This document shows positions 27,213 to 36,365 of a DNA stretch of 64,000 bases, in pieces. The position numbers and the translations under genes were made by a program. The stretch's first letter is position 1; every line of letters begins with the position of its first letter. The notes beneath the pieces are model-generated. The model was given only the letters and a program-made list of their open reading frames with translations, was not told the DNA's origin and did not search any database. Origin of the DNA: Candidatus Beckwithbacteria bacterium GW2011_GWC1_49_16 (GTDB lineage: Bacteria > Patescibacteriota > Microgenomatia > UBA1400 > CG1-02-47-37); assembly GCA_001029675.1 (NCBI GenBank), contig CP011210.1, positions 256,193 through 320,192 on the forward strand. Direction: 5' to 3'.

Positions 27213-28628
27213 TTGATGGCAAAAAAGCGAGGACGCTTAGTTGTGCGGTATGGGCCGATGTGGTCGGATAAAACCAGTTGGTTAATAAAGCAGTTTGGTA
27301 AAGTGGCTGACACATTGGCTTTTAAGCCCGATATTGATACCAGGTATACTAGAAAGCCGGTTTTAAGGACTCACGATGGAAAGAGCGTGCCGGCAGTAAT
27401 GGTGCCAATTGATCAACCAGAAAAGATTTTCGAGGCAGTAAAAAGAAAACGGGGGGTAATAAAACGAGTGCTGATTGATGAAACTAACTTTTTTTCTGGT
27501 GGTTTGGTGAAAGTAGTTAGAAATTTGATTGGAATGGGGATTGATGTTTATACTGCTGGGTTAATCTTGGATACCGACCTGCAAGACTTTGGTCCAACCA
27601 GGAAGTTAACTAGGATGGCCGATGAGGTGGTAGAAAGTTTTGCTAGGTGTGATTTTATGTTTTTAACTGGTAGGTGTGGGAGGAGAGCCAGGTTTAACTA
27701 TTTTAAAGCAAAAAAGGATACGCAAATTGTGGTGGGGGCCGATGAGTTGTACGGCGTAGCCTGTGAAGATCATTATCAGGCCCTTCACTTTAAGACTGGT
27801 AGTCAAAAACAGTGGTGGTCAAGAATTAAGAAGCTGGTTGGGGCTAATCACCAAAAGAGCGACTGGAGTTGGTTTAGGCGATTAAAGTTACCGTCTAAGA
27901 AAAGGAGGCCGTTAAAGTTTTCCTTTGACCGGTGGCCAAGAATCGAAGTAGTAGCAGACAGTATGCGGGTGGGTAAAACTACGGCGGCTAGGGCTTTGGG
28001 TATAGAGCTTAAAAAACTGGGTCTGCCAGTAAGAGTCAGTTTAGAGGATTGGTCGAATAATCCCTATTTGGAAAAGAGTTACCTTGATTCGTCGGAATGG
28101 ATACTTTTGTCACAAGAGTGGTTTGCTAAGAAAAAATTTGAGCAAATTAAACGTGGAGAGAAAGAAGCAATATTTATTCAGGATGTTAGTCCGGAGATGG
28201 ATTTTGCTTATGCTTTGACCAATGTGCTCATGGGTAGGATGTCAAAGGAGCATTTTAAGGATTACTTTAAGTTCTATTCTAGCCACAAATGGGAAAATCT
28301 GCCGGCTCCAGACGTATTGGTTTATTTGACGATTAGCGATGAAGCCTTAGTGAAAAGGGCGTTGGAGAGTGTTAGGGATCTGGAGAAGATTGATCCATCA
28401 TATTTTTTGTTGATGCGAGCGGTTAATCGAACCTGGCTGGCTGATTCAGACCATATGACGGTGGTTAATATTGATACTGACGACCTTGATTTTTCTAAAG
28501 AAGGCCCGGCTAGAAAAGCCTTAGCCGGGCAGGTTTTAAAAAAACTACACGATTTAGGCTGGAAGTGGGATAATAGTTTTACTGCTGAGATGAAAAGGCA
28601 GGATTGGTTTGCTATGGTAGCAATATGA
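27213..28628 (+). CDS. tdk: fusion protein: thymidine kinase (N-terminal, about 195 aa) plus deoxynucleoside kinase (C-terminal)
   Basis: TK: GPMWSDKTSWLI P-loop, LIDETNFF, CxxC zinc motif. dNK: VVADSMRVGKTTAARAL P-loop and ISDEALVKRALESVRDLEKIDPSYF lid region. Confidence 0.7.
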   Translation: MMAKKRGRLVVRYGPMWSDKTSWLIKQFGKVADTLAFKPDIDTRYTRKPVLRTHDGKSVPAVMVPIDQPEKIFEAVKRKRGVIKRVLIDETNFFSGGLVKVVRNLIGMGIDVYTAGLILDTDLQDFGPTRKLTRMADEVVESFARCDFMFLTGRCGRRARFNYFKAKKDTQIVVGADELYGVACEDHYQALHFKTGSQKQWWSRIKKLVGANHQKSDWSWFRRLKLPSKKRRPLKFSFDRWPRIEVVADSMRVGKTTAARALGIELKKLGLPVRVSLEDWSNNPYLEKSYLDSSEWILLSQEWFAKKKFEQIKRGEKEAIFIQDVSPEMDFAYALTNVLMGRMSKEHFKDYFKFYSSHKWENLPAPDVLVYLTISDEALVKRALESVRDLEKIDPSYFLLMRAVNRTWLADSDHMTVVNIDTDDLDFSKEGPARKALAGQVLKKLHDLGWKWDNSFTAEMKRQDWFAMVAI

Positions 28629-29383
28629 AAAAACAACCGTGGTGGCAAGATCTTAAGAAAATTGGTAGCTGGCCGCTTGGTTGGTTAGCCGAAGTTGAAT
28701 TTCCTGACCAGAGGAAAGCTCAAAAGGAAAAGGGTAGAAAGTGGCCGAGAATTGAAGTGGGAGGCGACACCATGCGGGTGGGTAAAACCACGGCGGCAGT
28801 GGTGTTAAATGAACAGTTTAAGAGGAGGGGTCTGTCGGTTAATTTATCTGACGAAGATTGGCAGTCAAATCCATATTTGTTTGAAAGTTATCGGGATTCT
28901 TCCAAGACGATTTTTGAGTCGCAAAAATGGTTTGCTCAACGTAAGTATGAACAGTTAGGCAGGGAAAATAACTCGATTATGATTCAGTGCGTTCATCCGG
29001 AAATGGATTTTTGCTACGCTTTGACCAACGCGATTATGGGCAAGATGAATCAACGCCATTTTAAAGCCTATATGAGAGTTTATCTGTCTTTGGGGTGGGA
29101 TAAAATTGCGGCGCCTGATTTACTTGTTTATGTCACTGCCAGCGATGATATTTTAGTCAATCGAGCCCAACGGTCAGCGAGAGATTTTGAAGTAATTGAT
29201 CCGGAATATCTTTTGGTGATGAAGTTTTTAAACCAAACTTGGCTCAGTGGAGCTAAAAAGAGAATGGAGGTGTTAGTGATAGATACTGACAATTTTAACT
29301 TTGCCCTCAACCAGAAATCCAGAAAGGAGTTGTCTGACCAAGTGATTAAAAAACTAAAGCAGAGAGGTTGGAGATTAAAGTGA
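28625..29383 (+). CDS. deoxynucleoside kinase family protein (paralog of the C-terminal domain of the upstream fusion)
   Basis: GGDTMRVGKTTAAVVL P-loop, ASDDILVNRAQRSARDFEVIDPEYL. ATGA overlap with the upstream stop. Confidence 0.7.
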   Translation: MKKQPWWQDLKKIGSWPLGWLAEVEFPDQRKAQKEKGRKWPRIEVGGDTMRVGKTTAAVVLNEQFKRRGLSVNLSDEDWQSNPYLFESYRDSSKTIFESQKWFAQRKYEQLGRENNSIMIQCVHPEMDFCYALTNAIMGKMNQRHFKAYMRVYLSLGWDKIAAPDLLVYVTASDDILVNRAQRSARDFEVIDPEYLLVMKFLNQTWLSGAKKRMEVLVIDTDNFNFALNQKSRKELSDQVIKKLKQRGWRLK

Positions 29384-30033
29384 GAAAACAGCAGGGTAAG
29401 TTGATAGTTTTTGAGGGAATCGACGGTTCGGGTAAAGCCACGCAGGCAAAGTTATTGTTTAATTATTTAAAGAAGAGAAAAGTGGCTGTGGAGGAGATTG
29501 CTTTTCCAAGATATGACACCATTCACGGCCAGGTAGTTAAGCGGATGCTTCAGGGTGAGTTTGGTAAAAGCGTTAATCCCTATCTGGCCTGTTTGCCGTT
29601 TGCTTTGGACAGGTTGATGGCTAGAGATATGATCAAAAATTGGCTGGCTCAGGACAAACTAGTGATTGCCGACCGGTATGTGACGGCTAGTATGGTGCAT
29701 TTATCAGCTTTTTTACCGCAGGATAAGCAGCAGCGGAAGTTTATGGACTGGGTGGCGATACTTGAGTATCAGATTCATGGTTTACCGCTGGAGAACTTAG
29801 TGGTTTTACTGAAAGTGCCGGCGAGATTAAGCCAGAAGTTAATGGTAAAAAAAGACATGGTGGAGAAAGATTTAATTTATCAAAAACGGGTTTATAACCA
29901 GTATCAACAGATGGCTAAAAAATTTGGGCATTGGGTAGTGGTCGAGTGCGTTGATAAAAAAGAGGAGATTTTGCCCAAAAGTGAGGTCCACCAGAGGGTG
30001 CTTGAGGCATTAAAGAGAAGAAAGATAATTTAG
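29380..30033 (+). CDS. tmk: thymidylate kinase (GTG start overlapping the upstream stop)
   Basis: LIVFEGIDGSGKATQ P-loop; DRY-type motif ADRYVTAS. Confidence 0.8.
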   Translation: MRKQQGKLIVFEGIDGSGKATQAKLLFNYLKKRKVAVEEIAFPRYDTIHGQVVKRMLQGEFGKSVNPYLACLPFALDRLMARDMIKNWLAQDKLVIADRYVTASMVHLSAFLPQDKQQRKFMDWVAILEYQIHGLPLENLVVLLKVPARLSQKLMVKKDMVEKDLIYQKRVYNQYQQMAKKFGHWVVVECVDKKEEILPKSEVHQRVLEALKRRKII

Positions 30034-30072
30034 GGCTTGACAAGCCCCCATCGGGTTTGGTAACTTTAAATC

Positions 30073-30117
30073 CCAGAGCCACTGGTTGCCTCACGGCAAG
30101 CCAACTCTGGTTTTTTT
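30073..30117 (+). terminator. rho-independent terminator after tmk
   Basis: ccagagccactggttgcc-tcac-ggcaagccaactctgg followed by ttttttt. Confidence 0.6.
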
Positions 30118-30138
30118 ACGGCTCTGAAAGGAGAAAAG

Positions 30139-30396
30139 GTGAAGTTTCCGGAAGGAGCGCCGATTCAAATCAAGGGGTTAATGAGTCAAGACGGAGGAGG
30201 AACATTGCCAGTGGACGGAAAAGATGAAGGTAAGGGTCAAGAAGCTTCAGTAAAACCACCCCATTGGACAGCCATTCCAGACGAAGCATATAAGTCATCG
30301 CCCTGGTTAAAAGACCCTAAAGTCTTGGGGGCGAAACAAACTAGGACAAAACCTGCAACGGTAAGAAAGGGCACTAACCCTGCAGGCAATCCGTAA
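30139..30396 (+). CDS. small Gly/Lys/Pro-rich hypothetical protein (GTG start, good RBS aaaggag)
   Basis: 85-aa ORF bracketed by two intrinsic terminators; strong SD 7 nt upstream. Confidence 0.35.
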   Translation: MKFPEGAPIQIKGLMSQDGGGTLPVDGKDEGKGQEASVKPPHWTAIPDEAYKSSPWLKDPKVLGAKQTRTKPATVRKGTNPAGNP

Positions 30397-30399
30397 GCG

Positions 30400-30422
30400 A
30401 CCACCCGAGAGGGTGGTTTTTT
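30400..30422 (+). terminator. rho-independent terminator
   Basis: accaccc-gaga-gggtggt followed by ttttt. Confidence 0.7.
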
Positions 30423-30461
30423 AAAGTATGAAAGTAAAGCATTAGAAGTTAAATAGTTTAT

Positions 30462-32078
30462 ATGAAGAAGGACTACTACACCAAAGTTTCAAGCTACGAA
30501 GCCAGAATGGGTGAAGTGAAGCGGGTGGTGCTTTTGTATTCTGGGGGTTTGGACACCAGCGTGTTGATGAAGTGGATTCAAGATAAATATAGGGCAGAAG
30601 TGATTGCCCTAACCATAGATTTGGGACAGCAAGGCGACGATTTAGACAAGATCAGAAATAAGGCTTTGAAGCTGGGGGCGAAAAAAGCTTATGTGATTGA
30701 TGCCAAAGACGAGTTTGCTGATGAATATTTGTCGCACATGATTAAGGCCAATGGTTCATATCAGGGGGACTACCATATATCGACAGTGAGTAGGTATTTG
30801 ATGGCCAAACTGGCGATTGTGGTAGCTACCAAAGAGAAGGCTGACGCAGTGGCTCACGGTTGTACCGGAAAAGGTAATGATCAGGTGAGGATTGATTCGA
30901 GCATTTTAACTTTAAACTCCAACGTTAAAATTATTGCGCCAATTAGAGAGTGGGACATGACACGGGAAGCGGAGATCGAATACGCTCAAAAACACCAGAT
31001 TCCTGTGCCGGTAAAGAAAGATTTTCCTTACAGCGTGGATGATAATATGTGGGGAATGACTTGGGAGGGTGGGGAGATTGAAGACCCGGGTAAAATTCCT
31101 CAAATCGACCGGTTTTTGACTGCGTGTAGAACCTTGGACAAGACACCGGATAAACCGCAGATGATTACTTTGGAGTTTAAAAAAGGCGTCCCTTATAAAC
31201 TCAATGGTAAGAGTTATAAGTTAGCAGAGATGATTATGAGGCTTAACAAAATAGCCGGCAGACACGGAGTCGGGGTGGTTCATCATGTGGAAGACAGGCT
31301 AGTGGGCCTAAAAACGAGAGGGGTGTATGAGCATCCCGGTGGTCATACTATTATCCAGGCTCATAAAAATCTAGAGAAGTATGTTTGCACCAGAAGAGAA
31401 AACGAGTTTAAGGAGATTATGGATGTGAGATTTGGCTATCTTTGCTACGGGGCTTTGTGGTTTGACCCAATTATGGATGATATTAGAACTTTGAACGACA
31501 AAATTAACGAAAAGGTAAACGGTAAGGTAACGCTTAGGCTCCATAAAGGCCACGCGACTGTGGTGGCGATGAGGTCGCCTCATGCGCTTCACCACGTGTC
31601 GTTTGAGGACAAGGCGACACCATTTAATGTGATGACCAGTGCGCCTTTTATTGAGGTTTACTCGATGCAGATGAGGTTGTCGCAACAGCGGGGTGAGAAA
31701 AGAGTTTTGTTGTCGATTGGGAGGCAGGGAAATAAAGAAAAATTGTTACCGACTGCCAGGAAGCTTTCTAAGTTGGGTTACGTGATTTTTGCCACTGAAA
31801 AAACTCACAGGTTCTTAACTGAAAATGCGGTGTCCAATTACTTGGTGTATAAAATCAGCGAGAAGAAAGCCCCCAATTTGGGGGTGATGCTTAACGAAAA
31901 GGGGTTTGATCTGATTGTAAACATTCCCACGTCAAGCGTTGACAAGAAAGAAATGACCGACGGCAAGCTGATTCGGCAAAAGGCGGTGGATGATAAAGTG
32001 ACTCTGTTGACGACCGTGGACACAGCCAAGCGCCAGATTGAAAAGCTATATGAAGCTAAATTTGGTAAGCTGGAGTGA
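30462..32078 (+). CDS. argG: argininosuccinate synthase fused to a C-terminal MGS-like domain (CarB allosteric-domain type)
   Basis: VVLLYSGGLDTSV PP-loop and HGCTGKGNDQVRID. C-terminal 130 aa (RVLLSIGRQGNKEKLLPTARKLSKLGYVIFATEKTHRFL...DLIVNIPTS) matches an MGS-like fold. Confidence 0.75.
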   Translation: MKKDYYTKVSSYEARMGEVKRVVLLYSGGLDTSVLMKWIQDKYRAEVIALTIDLGQQGDDLDKIRNKALKLGAKKAYVIDAKDEFADEYLSHMIKANGSYQGDYHISTVSRYLMAKLAIVVATKEKADAVAHGCTGKGNDQVRIDSSILTLNSNVKIIAPIREWDMTREAEIEYAQKHQIPVPVKKDFPYSVDDNMWGMTWEGGEIEDPGKIPQIDRFLTACRTLDKTPDKPQMITLEFKKGVPYKLNGKSYKLAEMIMRLNKIAGRHGVGVVHHVEDRLVGLKTRGVYEHPGGHTIIQAHKNLEKYVCTRRENEFKEIMDVRFGYLCYGALWFDPIMDDIRTLNDKINEKVNGKVTLRLHKGHATVVAMRSPHALHHVSFEDKATPFNVMTSAPFIEVYSMQMRLSQQRGEKRVLLSIGRQGNKEKLLPTARKLSKLGYVIFATEKTHRFLTENAVSNYLVYKISEKKAPNLGVMLNEKGFDLIVNIPTSSVDKKEMTDGKLIRQKAVDDKVTLLTTVDTAKRQIEKLYEAKFGKLE

Positions 32079-33055
32079 TGGTTAAAAAAACTGATGGTTG
32101 GGACTTAAAAAGGTTGCTTGTTGAGGAAATTAAAAAGCAGGGCGGCTGGGTTAATACTCATGCTCATTTTGATAGGGCTTATACTATTTCTCCAAAGCTT
32201 CTTAATCAAGCACATGCGCTTATGGAGCGGAAATGGACTTTGGTTGACCCTATGAAACGGGCTTCTAGCGAAGAGGTATATGAGGCGAGAATCGAAAGAG
32301 CTGTGAGGGCGATGATTAGTCAGGGAGTATCTGCTTGTGCGACATTTATTGATGTTGACCCTGTTGCTGGACTTAGAGCAATAAAGGCAGCATTGAAGGT
32401 AAAGAAAAAATACGCCGGGAAAATTACCATGTTGCTTATTAATCAAGTACTTAAGGGTGTAATTGATGAGGACTCGAGACGATGGGCAGAAAAAGCCTTA
32501 GAGTATGTTGATATTATTGGCGGTAATCCTTCTAAAGACCGACCTCAACCCAGAAAACATCTGGATATTGTGTTGGGATGGGCGAAGAAGACGGGCAAGA
32601 TGGTTCATGTACATATAGATCAGGAGAATAATCCGAAAGAACACGACACTGAACTGTTAGCAAGAAAAACAATAGAGCATGGCCTTGAAGGAAAGGTGGT
32701 AGCGGTTCATTCAATTTCAGTCGGGGCTCAACCAAAGAAGAGAAGAAAAGAAATTTACAAGTTGATGAAGGCGGCTGGATTGATGGTTGTCTGTTCGCCT
32801 TCGGCGGCCATTTCCATGAAGCCGTTGTCATACAGAACAGAAATTCACAATAGCATTGCTCCGGTGCCAGAACTTCTAGATGCGGGGATTACTGTAGGGT
32901 TAGGGTGTGATAATATCGGTGATATTTTTCAGCCGCTGGTTGATGGAGATATGTTTACAGAGTTGAGGTTTTTGGCAGAAGCGTGTCGATTTTACGAGCT
33001 TGATCAGCTGGTGAAAATTGCTACTATTAATGGTAAAAAGGTTTTAGGGATTTAA
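32075..33055 (+). CDS. amidohydrolase-superfamily metal-dependent hydrolase (dihydroorotase-like, possibly PyrC)
   Basis: NTHAHFD (HxH), HVHID and a late GCDNIGD Asp. Translationally coupled to argG (GTGATGG overlap) and directly upstream of pyrD. Confidence 0.5.
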   Translation: MMVKKTDGWDLKRLLVEEIKKQGGWVNTHAHFDRAYTISPKLLNQAHALMERKWTLVDPMKRASSEEVYEARIERAVRAMISQGVSACATFIDVDPVAGLRAIKAALKVKKKYAGKITMLLINQVLKGVIDEDSRRWAEKALEYVDIIGGNPSKDRPQPRKHLDIVLGWAKKTGKMVHVHIDQENNPKEHDTELLARKTIEHGLEGKVVAVHSISVGAQPKKRRKEIYKLMKAAGLMVVCSPSAAISMKPLSYRTEIHNSIAPVPELLDAGITVGLGCDNIGDIFQPLVDGDMFTELRFLAEACRFYELDQLVKIATINGKKVLGI

Positions 33056-33056
33056 A

Positions 33057-33977
33057 ATGGCAGATCTAAAAGTAAAGTTTTTAGGATTAACTTTTGCCAA
33101 CCCGCTGGTGATGCCGTCGGGGATTATTCAGGAGATTGGCGACCACGTGCGGGCGGAAAAAGCCGGGGCCGGCGGGGTGACGACGAAATCTTTAACCAAA
33201 GAACCCAGGGAAGGAAATCCCCTGCCGCGGGTGATCAAATATCCCTTTGGGCTGTTGAATTCGGTGGGTTTGAGAAATCCGGGGATCAAAGAAGGGGTTA
33301 AGCAGCTAAAGGAGTTTGTGGCCCAAAGCAAGATTCCGGTGATTGCCAGTGTTTTTTCGGCCAACGTGCCGGATTTTGTCAGTCTGACAGAACAGGTGGT
33401 AACAGCAAAGCCTGATTTTATCGAGCTCAATCTTTCCTGTCCCAACACCACCGACGAGCTGGGCGAGTCGTTGGGCATGGGGGCGGAGTCAACGGAAAAG
33501 TCAGTAGCGGCGGTGAGGCAGGCAGTGGGAAAAAAGATTAAGTTGATCGCCAAGTTGAGTCCGAATGTGGCCAATATCGACCAGGTAGCCAAAGCCGCGT
33601 CTGACGCGGGAGCCGATGCCATTTCCGCCATCAACACCGTCGGCCCGGGGATGGTGATTGATATTGCTACCAAAAAGCCCAGATTGGGCAACAAAAAGGG
33701 GGGAGTGTCCGGGCCGGGAATCAAGCCGGTGGCGGTGCGGTGTGTTTATGATATTTATAAAGCGGTTAAAATTCCGATTATCGGCATGGGCGGGGTGGAG
33801 ACAGTTTTAGACGTAGTGGAGATGATGCTGGCCGGGGCGACGCTGGTGGGGGTGGGGTCGGCTACCTACAGGCACGGTTTTGGGGTGTACCAAAAGATTA
33901 ACCAAGGTTTGGAAAAATACCTGGAAGAGAATAAGATTAAATCATTAGCAGAACTCGTGGGAGGAGCTCATGAATGA
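33057..33977 (+). CDS. pyrD: dihydroorotate dehydrogenase (class 1-like)
   Basis: FANPLVMPSGI, LNLSCPNT, GMGGV TIM-barrel motifs. Confidence 0.8.
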   Translation: MADLKVKFLGLTFANPLVMPSGIIQEIGDHVRAEKAGAGGVTTKSLTKEPREGNPLPRVIKYPFGLLNSVGLRNPGIKEGVKQLKEFVAQSKIPVIASVFSANVPDFVSLTEQVVTAKPDFIELNLSCPNTTDELGESLGMGAESTEKSVAAVRQAVGKKIKLIAKLSPNVANIDQVAKAASDAGADAISAINTVGPGMVIDIATKKPRLGNKKGGVSGPGIKPVAVRCVYDIYKAVKIPIIGMGGVETVLDVVEMMLAGATLVGVGSATYRHGFGVYQKINQGLEKYLEENKIKSLAELVGGAHE

Positions 33978-34617
33978 CGTAGTAGCTATCTTAAAAAGAA
34001 TCGGGGCGGTGATCACCAACGATCACTTTGTTTACACTTCCGGCAAGCACGGCGAGGTGTATATCAATAAAGACGCGCTTTACCCGCATACTAAGGAAAC
34101 CAGTGAAGTCTGCCGGATTATGGCGGAAAAGTATAAAGATGCTGATGTAGAGGCGGTGGCGGCTCCGGCCGTGGGCGGAACGATTTTGTCCCAATGGGTG
34201 GCTTATCACTTGAGCCAGATAAAGGGTAAAGAGATTTTGAGCGCCTATACGGAAAAAGACGCCGGCACGACCGCTTCGGCGGCGGAGTCAAAGCAATTGT
34301 TTCGTCGCGGCTACGACGCCGTGGTCAAAGGCAAAAAAGTTTTGGTGGTGGAGGATTTGACTACCACCGGCGGTTCGGTGAAACAGGTAGTCGATTGCGT
34401 GAGAGATGCCGGCGGCGAGGTGGTCGGCGTCTGCGTCATGGTCAACCGCGACCCGGAAAATGTCAATTCCGAGTCAGTCGGGACGCCGTTTACGGCCGCC
34501 GGGGTGCTTAAAGCCGAAGCCTTTGACGAGAAGGACTGCCCGTTTTGTAAACAGGGCAGACCGATTAATACCAAAATCGGCCATGGAAAGAAATACCTGG
34601 AAGAGAAAGGTAAATGA
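33970..34617 (+). CDS. pyrE: orotate phosphoribosyltransferase
   Basis: PRPP-binding VLVVEDLTTTGGS. Confidence 0.8.
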   Translation: MNDVVAILKRIGAVITNDHFVYTSGKHGEVYINKDALYPHTKETSEVCRIMAEKYKDADVEAVAAPAVGGTILSQWVAYHLSQIKGKEILSAYTEKDAGTTASAAESKQLFRRGYDAVVKGKKVLVVEDLTTTGGSVKQVVDCVRDAGGEVVGVCVMVNRDPENVNSESVGTPFTAAGVLKAEAFDEKDCPFCKQGRPINTKIGHGKKYLEEKGK

Positions 34618-35036
34618 GTTACGTAGTTTTTTCGATTGCTACGGCTTTGTTTTTTTCGCTGACTTTTTTATTAAGAAAGCTGGCGGTTAAAACTCTGCCG
34701 TTTTCTGCGGCTTTACTGATCGAGGTGGTGGTGGAGTTGGTTTTGTTCGCTATTTTGTTTTGGGTTTTAAAGCCGGAAGGCAGGGTGGAATTGGACTGGT
34801 CAAACAAGGGAGTAAGATACGCGGTTTTGGCCGGAGTGATGGTGGCTTTGGGTGTGGCAGCCAATATCTTGGCAGTCCGAAGTGGGTTTTTGTCTAAGGT
34901 GGTAGCGATTACCTCACCGAGCCAGATTATTTTCGGGGTGCTGTTGGGGCTGGTTTTATTAAGCGAAGCATTGAGCCTGAGGCAGATCGTGGGGGTGATA
35001 CTTGGAGTAGTGGGAGTAATTTTAGTAGTTTACTAG
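34614..35036 (+). CDS. small EamA/DMT-family membrane protein (4 TM)
   Basis: 140 aa with four hydrophobic segments; C-terminal SLRQIVGVILGVVGVIL. Confidence 0.45.
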   Translation: MSYVVFSIATALFFSLTFLLRKLAVKTLPFSAALLIEVVVELVLFAILFWVLKPEGRVELDWSNKGVRYAVLAGVMVALGVAANILAVRSGFLSKVVAITSPSQIIFGVLLGLVLLSEALSLRQIVGVILGVVGVILVVY

Positions 35037-35038
35037 CC

Positions 35039-35614
35039 ATGAAATACAAAGTCGGGGTTTTTGGGTCGGCGGTGGATGAGGGGGACGAGGTGATGGCTAA
35101 GGCGCGGCAGGTGGGCGAAGCGCTGGGTAAGTTTAAAGAGAAAATCATCGTGGTGACCGGTGCCTGCAGCGGCGTGCCCTACGAGGCTGCCCGCGAGGCG
35201 GCCAAGGCAGGAGTAACGGTTTGGGGTTATTCGCCCGAGTTTGATGTTTCAGGCCAAAAGCGGTTTACTCCGGAGGATGACTTGTCAATCTATCAAAGAA
35301 TAGTTTTTGTGCCGCGGCAGTTTGGTTTTGAAGACAGGCCGATGGTGAGGAAAAAGTACAGAAACGTGATTTCTACCGCCGACTGTGACGGGGCCATTTT
35401 TATTGCCGGCCGCTGGGGGACGCTTCACGAGTTTAGCTCGTTAGTTGACTATGGCGGAGTCTGCGGAGTTTTGACCGGCACTGGGGGTATCGCCAAGGAA
35501 CTGCCGCAACTAGATGCCAAGGTCAAAAAAGCCGGCTCGGGGAAAGTGATTTTTGATGTAGATCCTGCTAAGCTGGTCAAAGGAGTGATTGATGAGATTT
35601 CAACAAAAGCTTAG
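35039..35614 (+). CDS. LOG/SLOG-family Rossmann-fold nucleotide-binding protein
   Basis: VGVFGSA...VVTGACSGVPYEAAREA...GRWGTLHEF. Confidence 0.45.
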   Translation: MKYKVGVFGSAVDEGDEVMAKARQVGEALGKFKEKIIVVTGACSGVPYEAAREAAKAGVTVWGYSPEFDVSGQKRFTPEDDLSIYQRIVFVPRQFGFEDRPMVRKKYRNVISTADCDGAIFIAGRWGTLHEFSSLVDYGGVCGVLTGTGGIAKELPQLDAKVKKAGSGKVIFDVDPAKLVKGVIDEISTKA

Positions 35615-36365
35615 TGCGATCCAGAAGAAAAATAACTCGCTGGTATGCGTGGGGTTAGACCAGGGCGAATTTGAGTTTGATAAAAAAATTATTGAAAAAA
35701 CCCACGACTTGGTTTGCGCTTACAAACCCAATTTTTCCTTTTACGAGGCCCGCGGCGAAACGGGTTGGCGGGATTTGAAACTGACGGCGGAGTATTTAAG
35801 AAAAAACTACCCGGAAGTGGTGACCATTGCCGACGCCAAACGGGCAGATATAGGCAACTCCAACCAAGGGTATGTCAAAGCCATTTTTGACGAGTTAAAG
35901 TTTGACGCGGTCACGGTGCATCCCTACTTGGGTCGGGAGGCGGTGTTGCCGTTTCTTGAACGGGCGGACAAGGGAATATTTGTTTTGTGCCGGACGTCAA
36001 ACCCCGGAGCGGGCGAGTTTCAGGATTTGAAAGTTGGTTCTGCGGCGGGTTCGGGGCAAAAACCTTTGTGGCAGGCAGTGACGGAAGGGGTGCGTGATGA
36101 CTGGAATGAAAACGGCAACGTGATGCTGGTGGCCGGAGCCACTTACCCGGAAGAACTCAAAAAGATTAGAGAAGTAGTGGGGGAGATGACGCTTTTGGTG
36201 CCTGGAGTCGGGGCCCAAGGCGGCGATGTAGCCAAAACCGTCAAAGCGGGGGTAAACAGCCGAGGCGCGGGGATGATTGTTAATTCCTCGCGGGGGATAA
36301 TTTTTGCCGACGATCCGAGAACAGCGGCGGAAAAATTAAGAGACGAGATAAACTCGTTTAGATGA
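35589..36365 (+). CDS. pyrF: orotidine-5'-phosphate decarboxylase
   Basis: IADAKRADIGNS (DxKxxDI motif), VCVGLD. Confidence 0.8.
   Translation: MMRFQQKLSAIQKKNNSLVCVGLDQGEFEFDKKIIEKTHDLVCAYKPNFSFYEARGETGWRDLKLTAEYLRKNYPEVVTIADAKRADIGNSNQGYVKAIFDELKFDAVTVHPYLGREAVLPFLERADKGIFVLCRTSNPGAGEFQDLKVGSAAGSGQKPLWQAVTEGVRDDWNENGNVMLVAGATYPEELKKIREVVGEMTLLVPGVGAQGGDVAKTVKAGVNSRGAGMIVNSSRGIIFADDPRTAAEKLRDEINSFR

Noticed and set aside
33128-33724. 198-aa minus-strand ORF
   Set aside because: Antisense to pyrD. High-GC third positions of pyrD make long shadow ORFs on the opposite strand.
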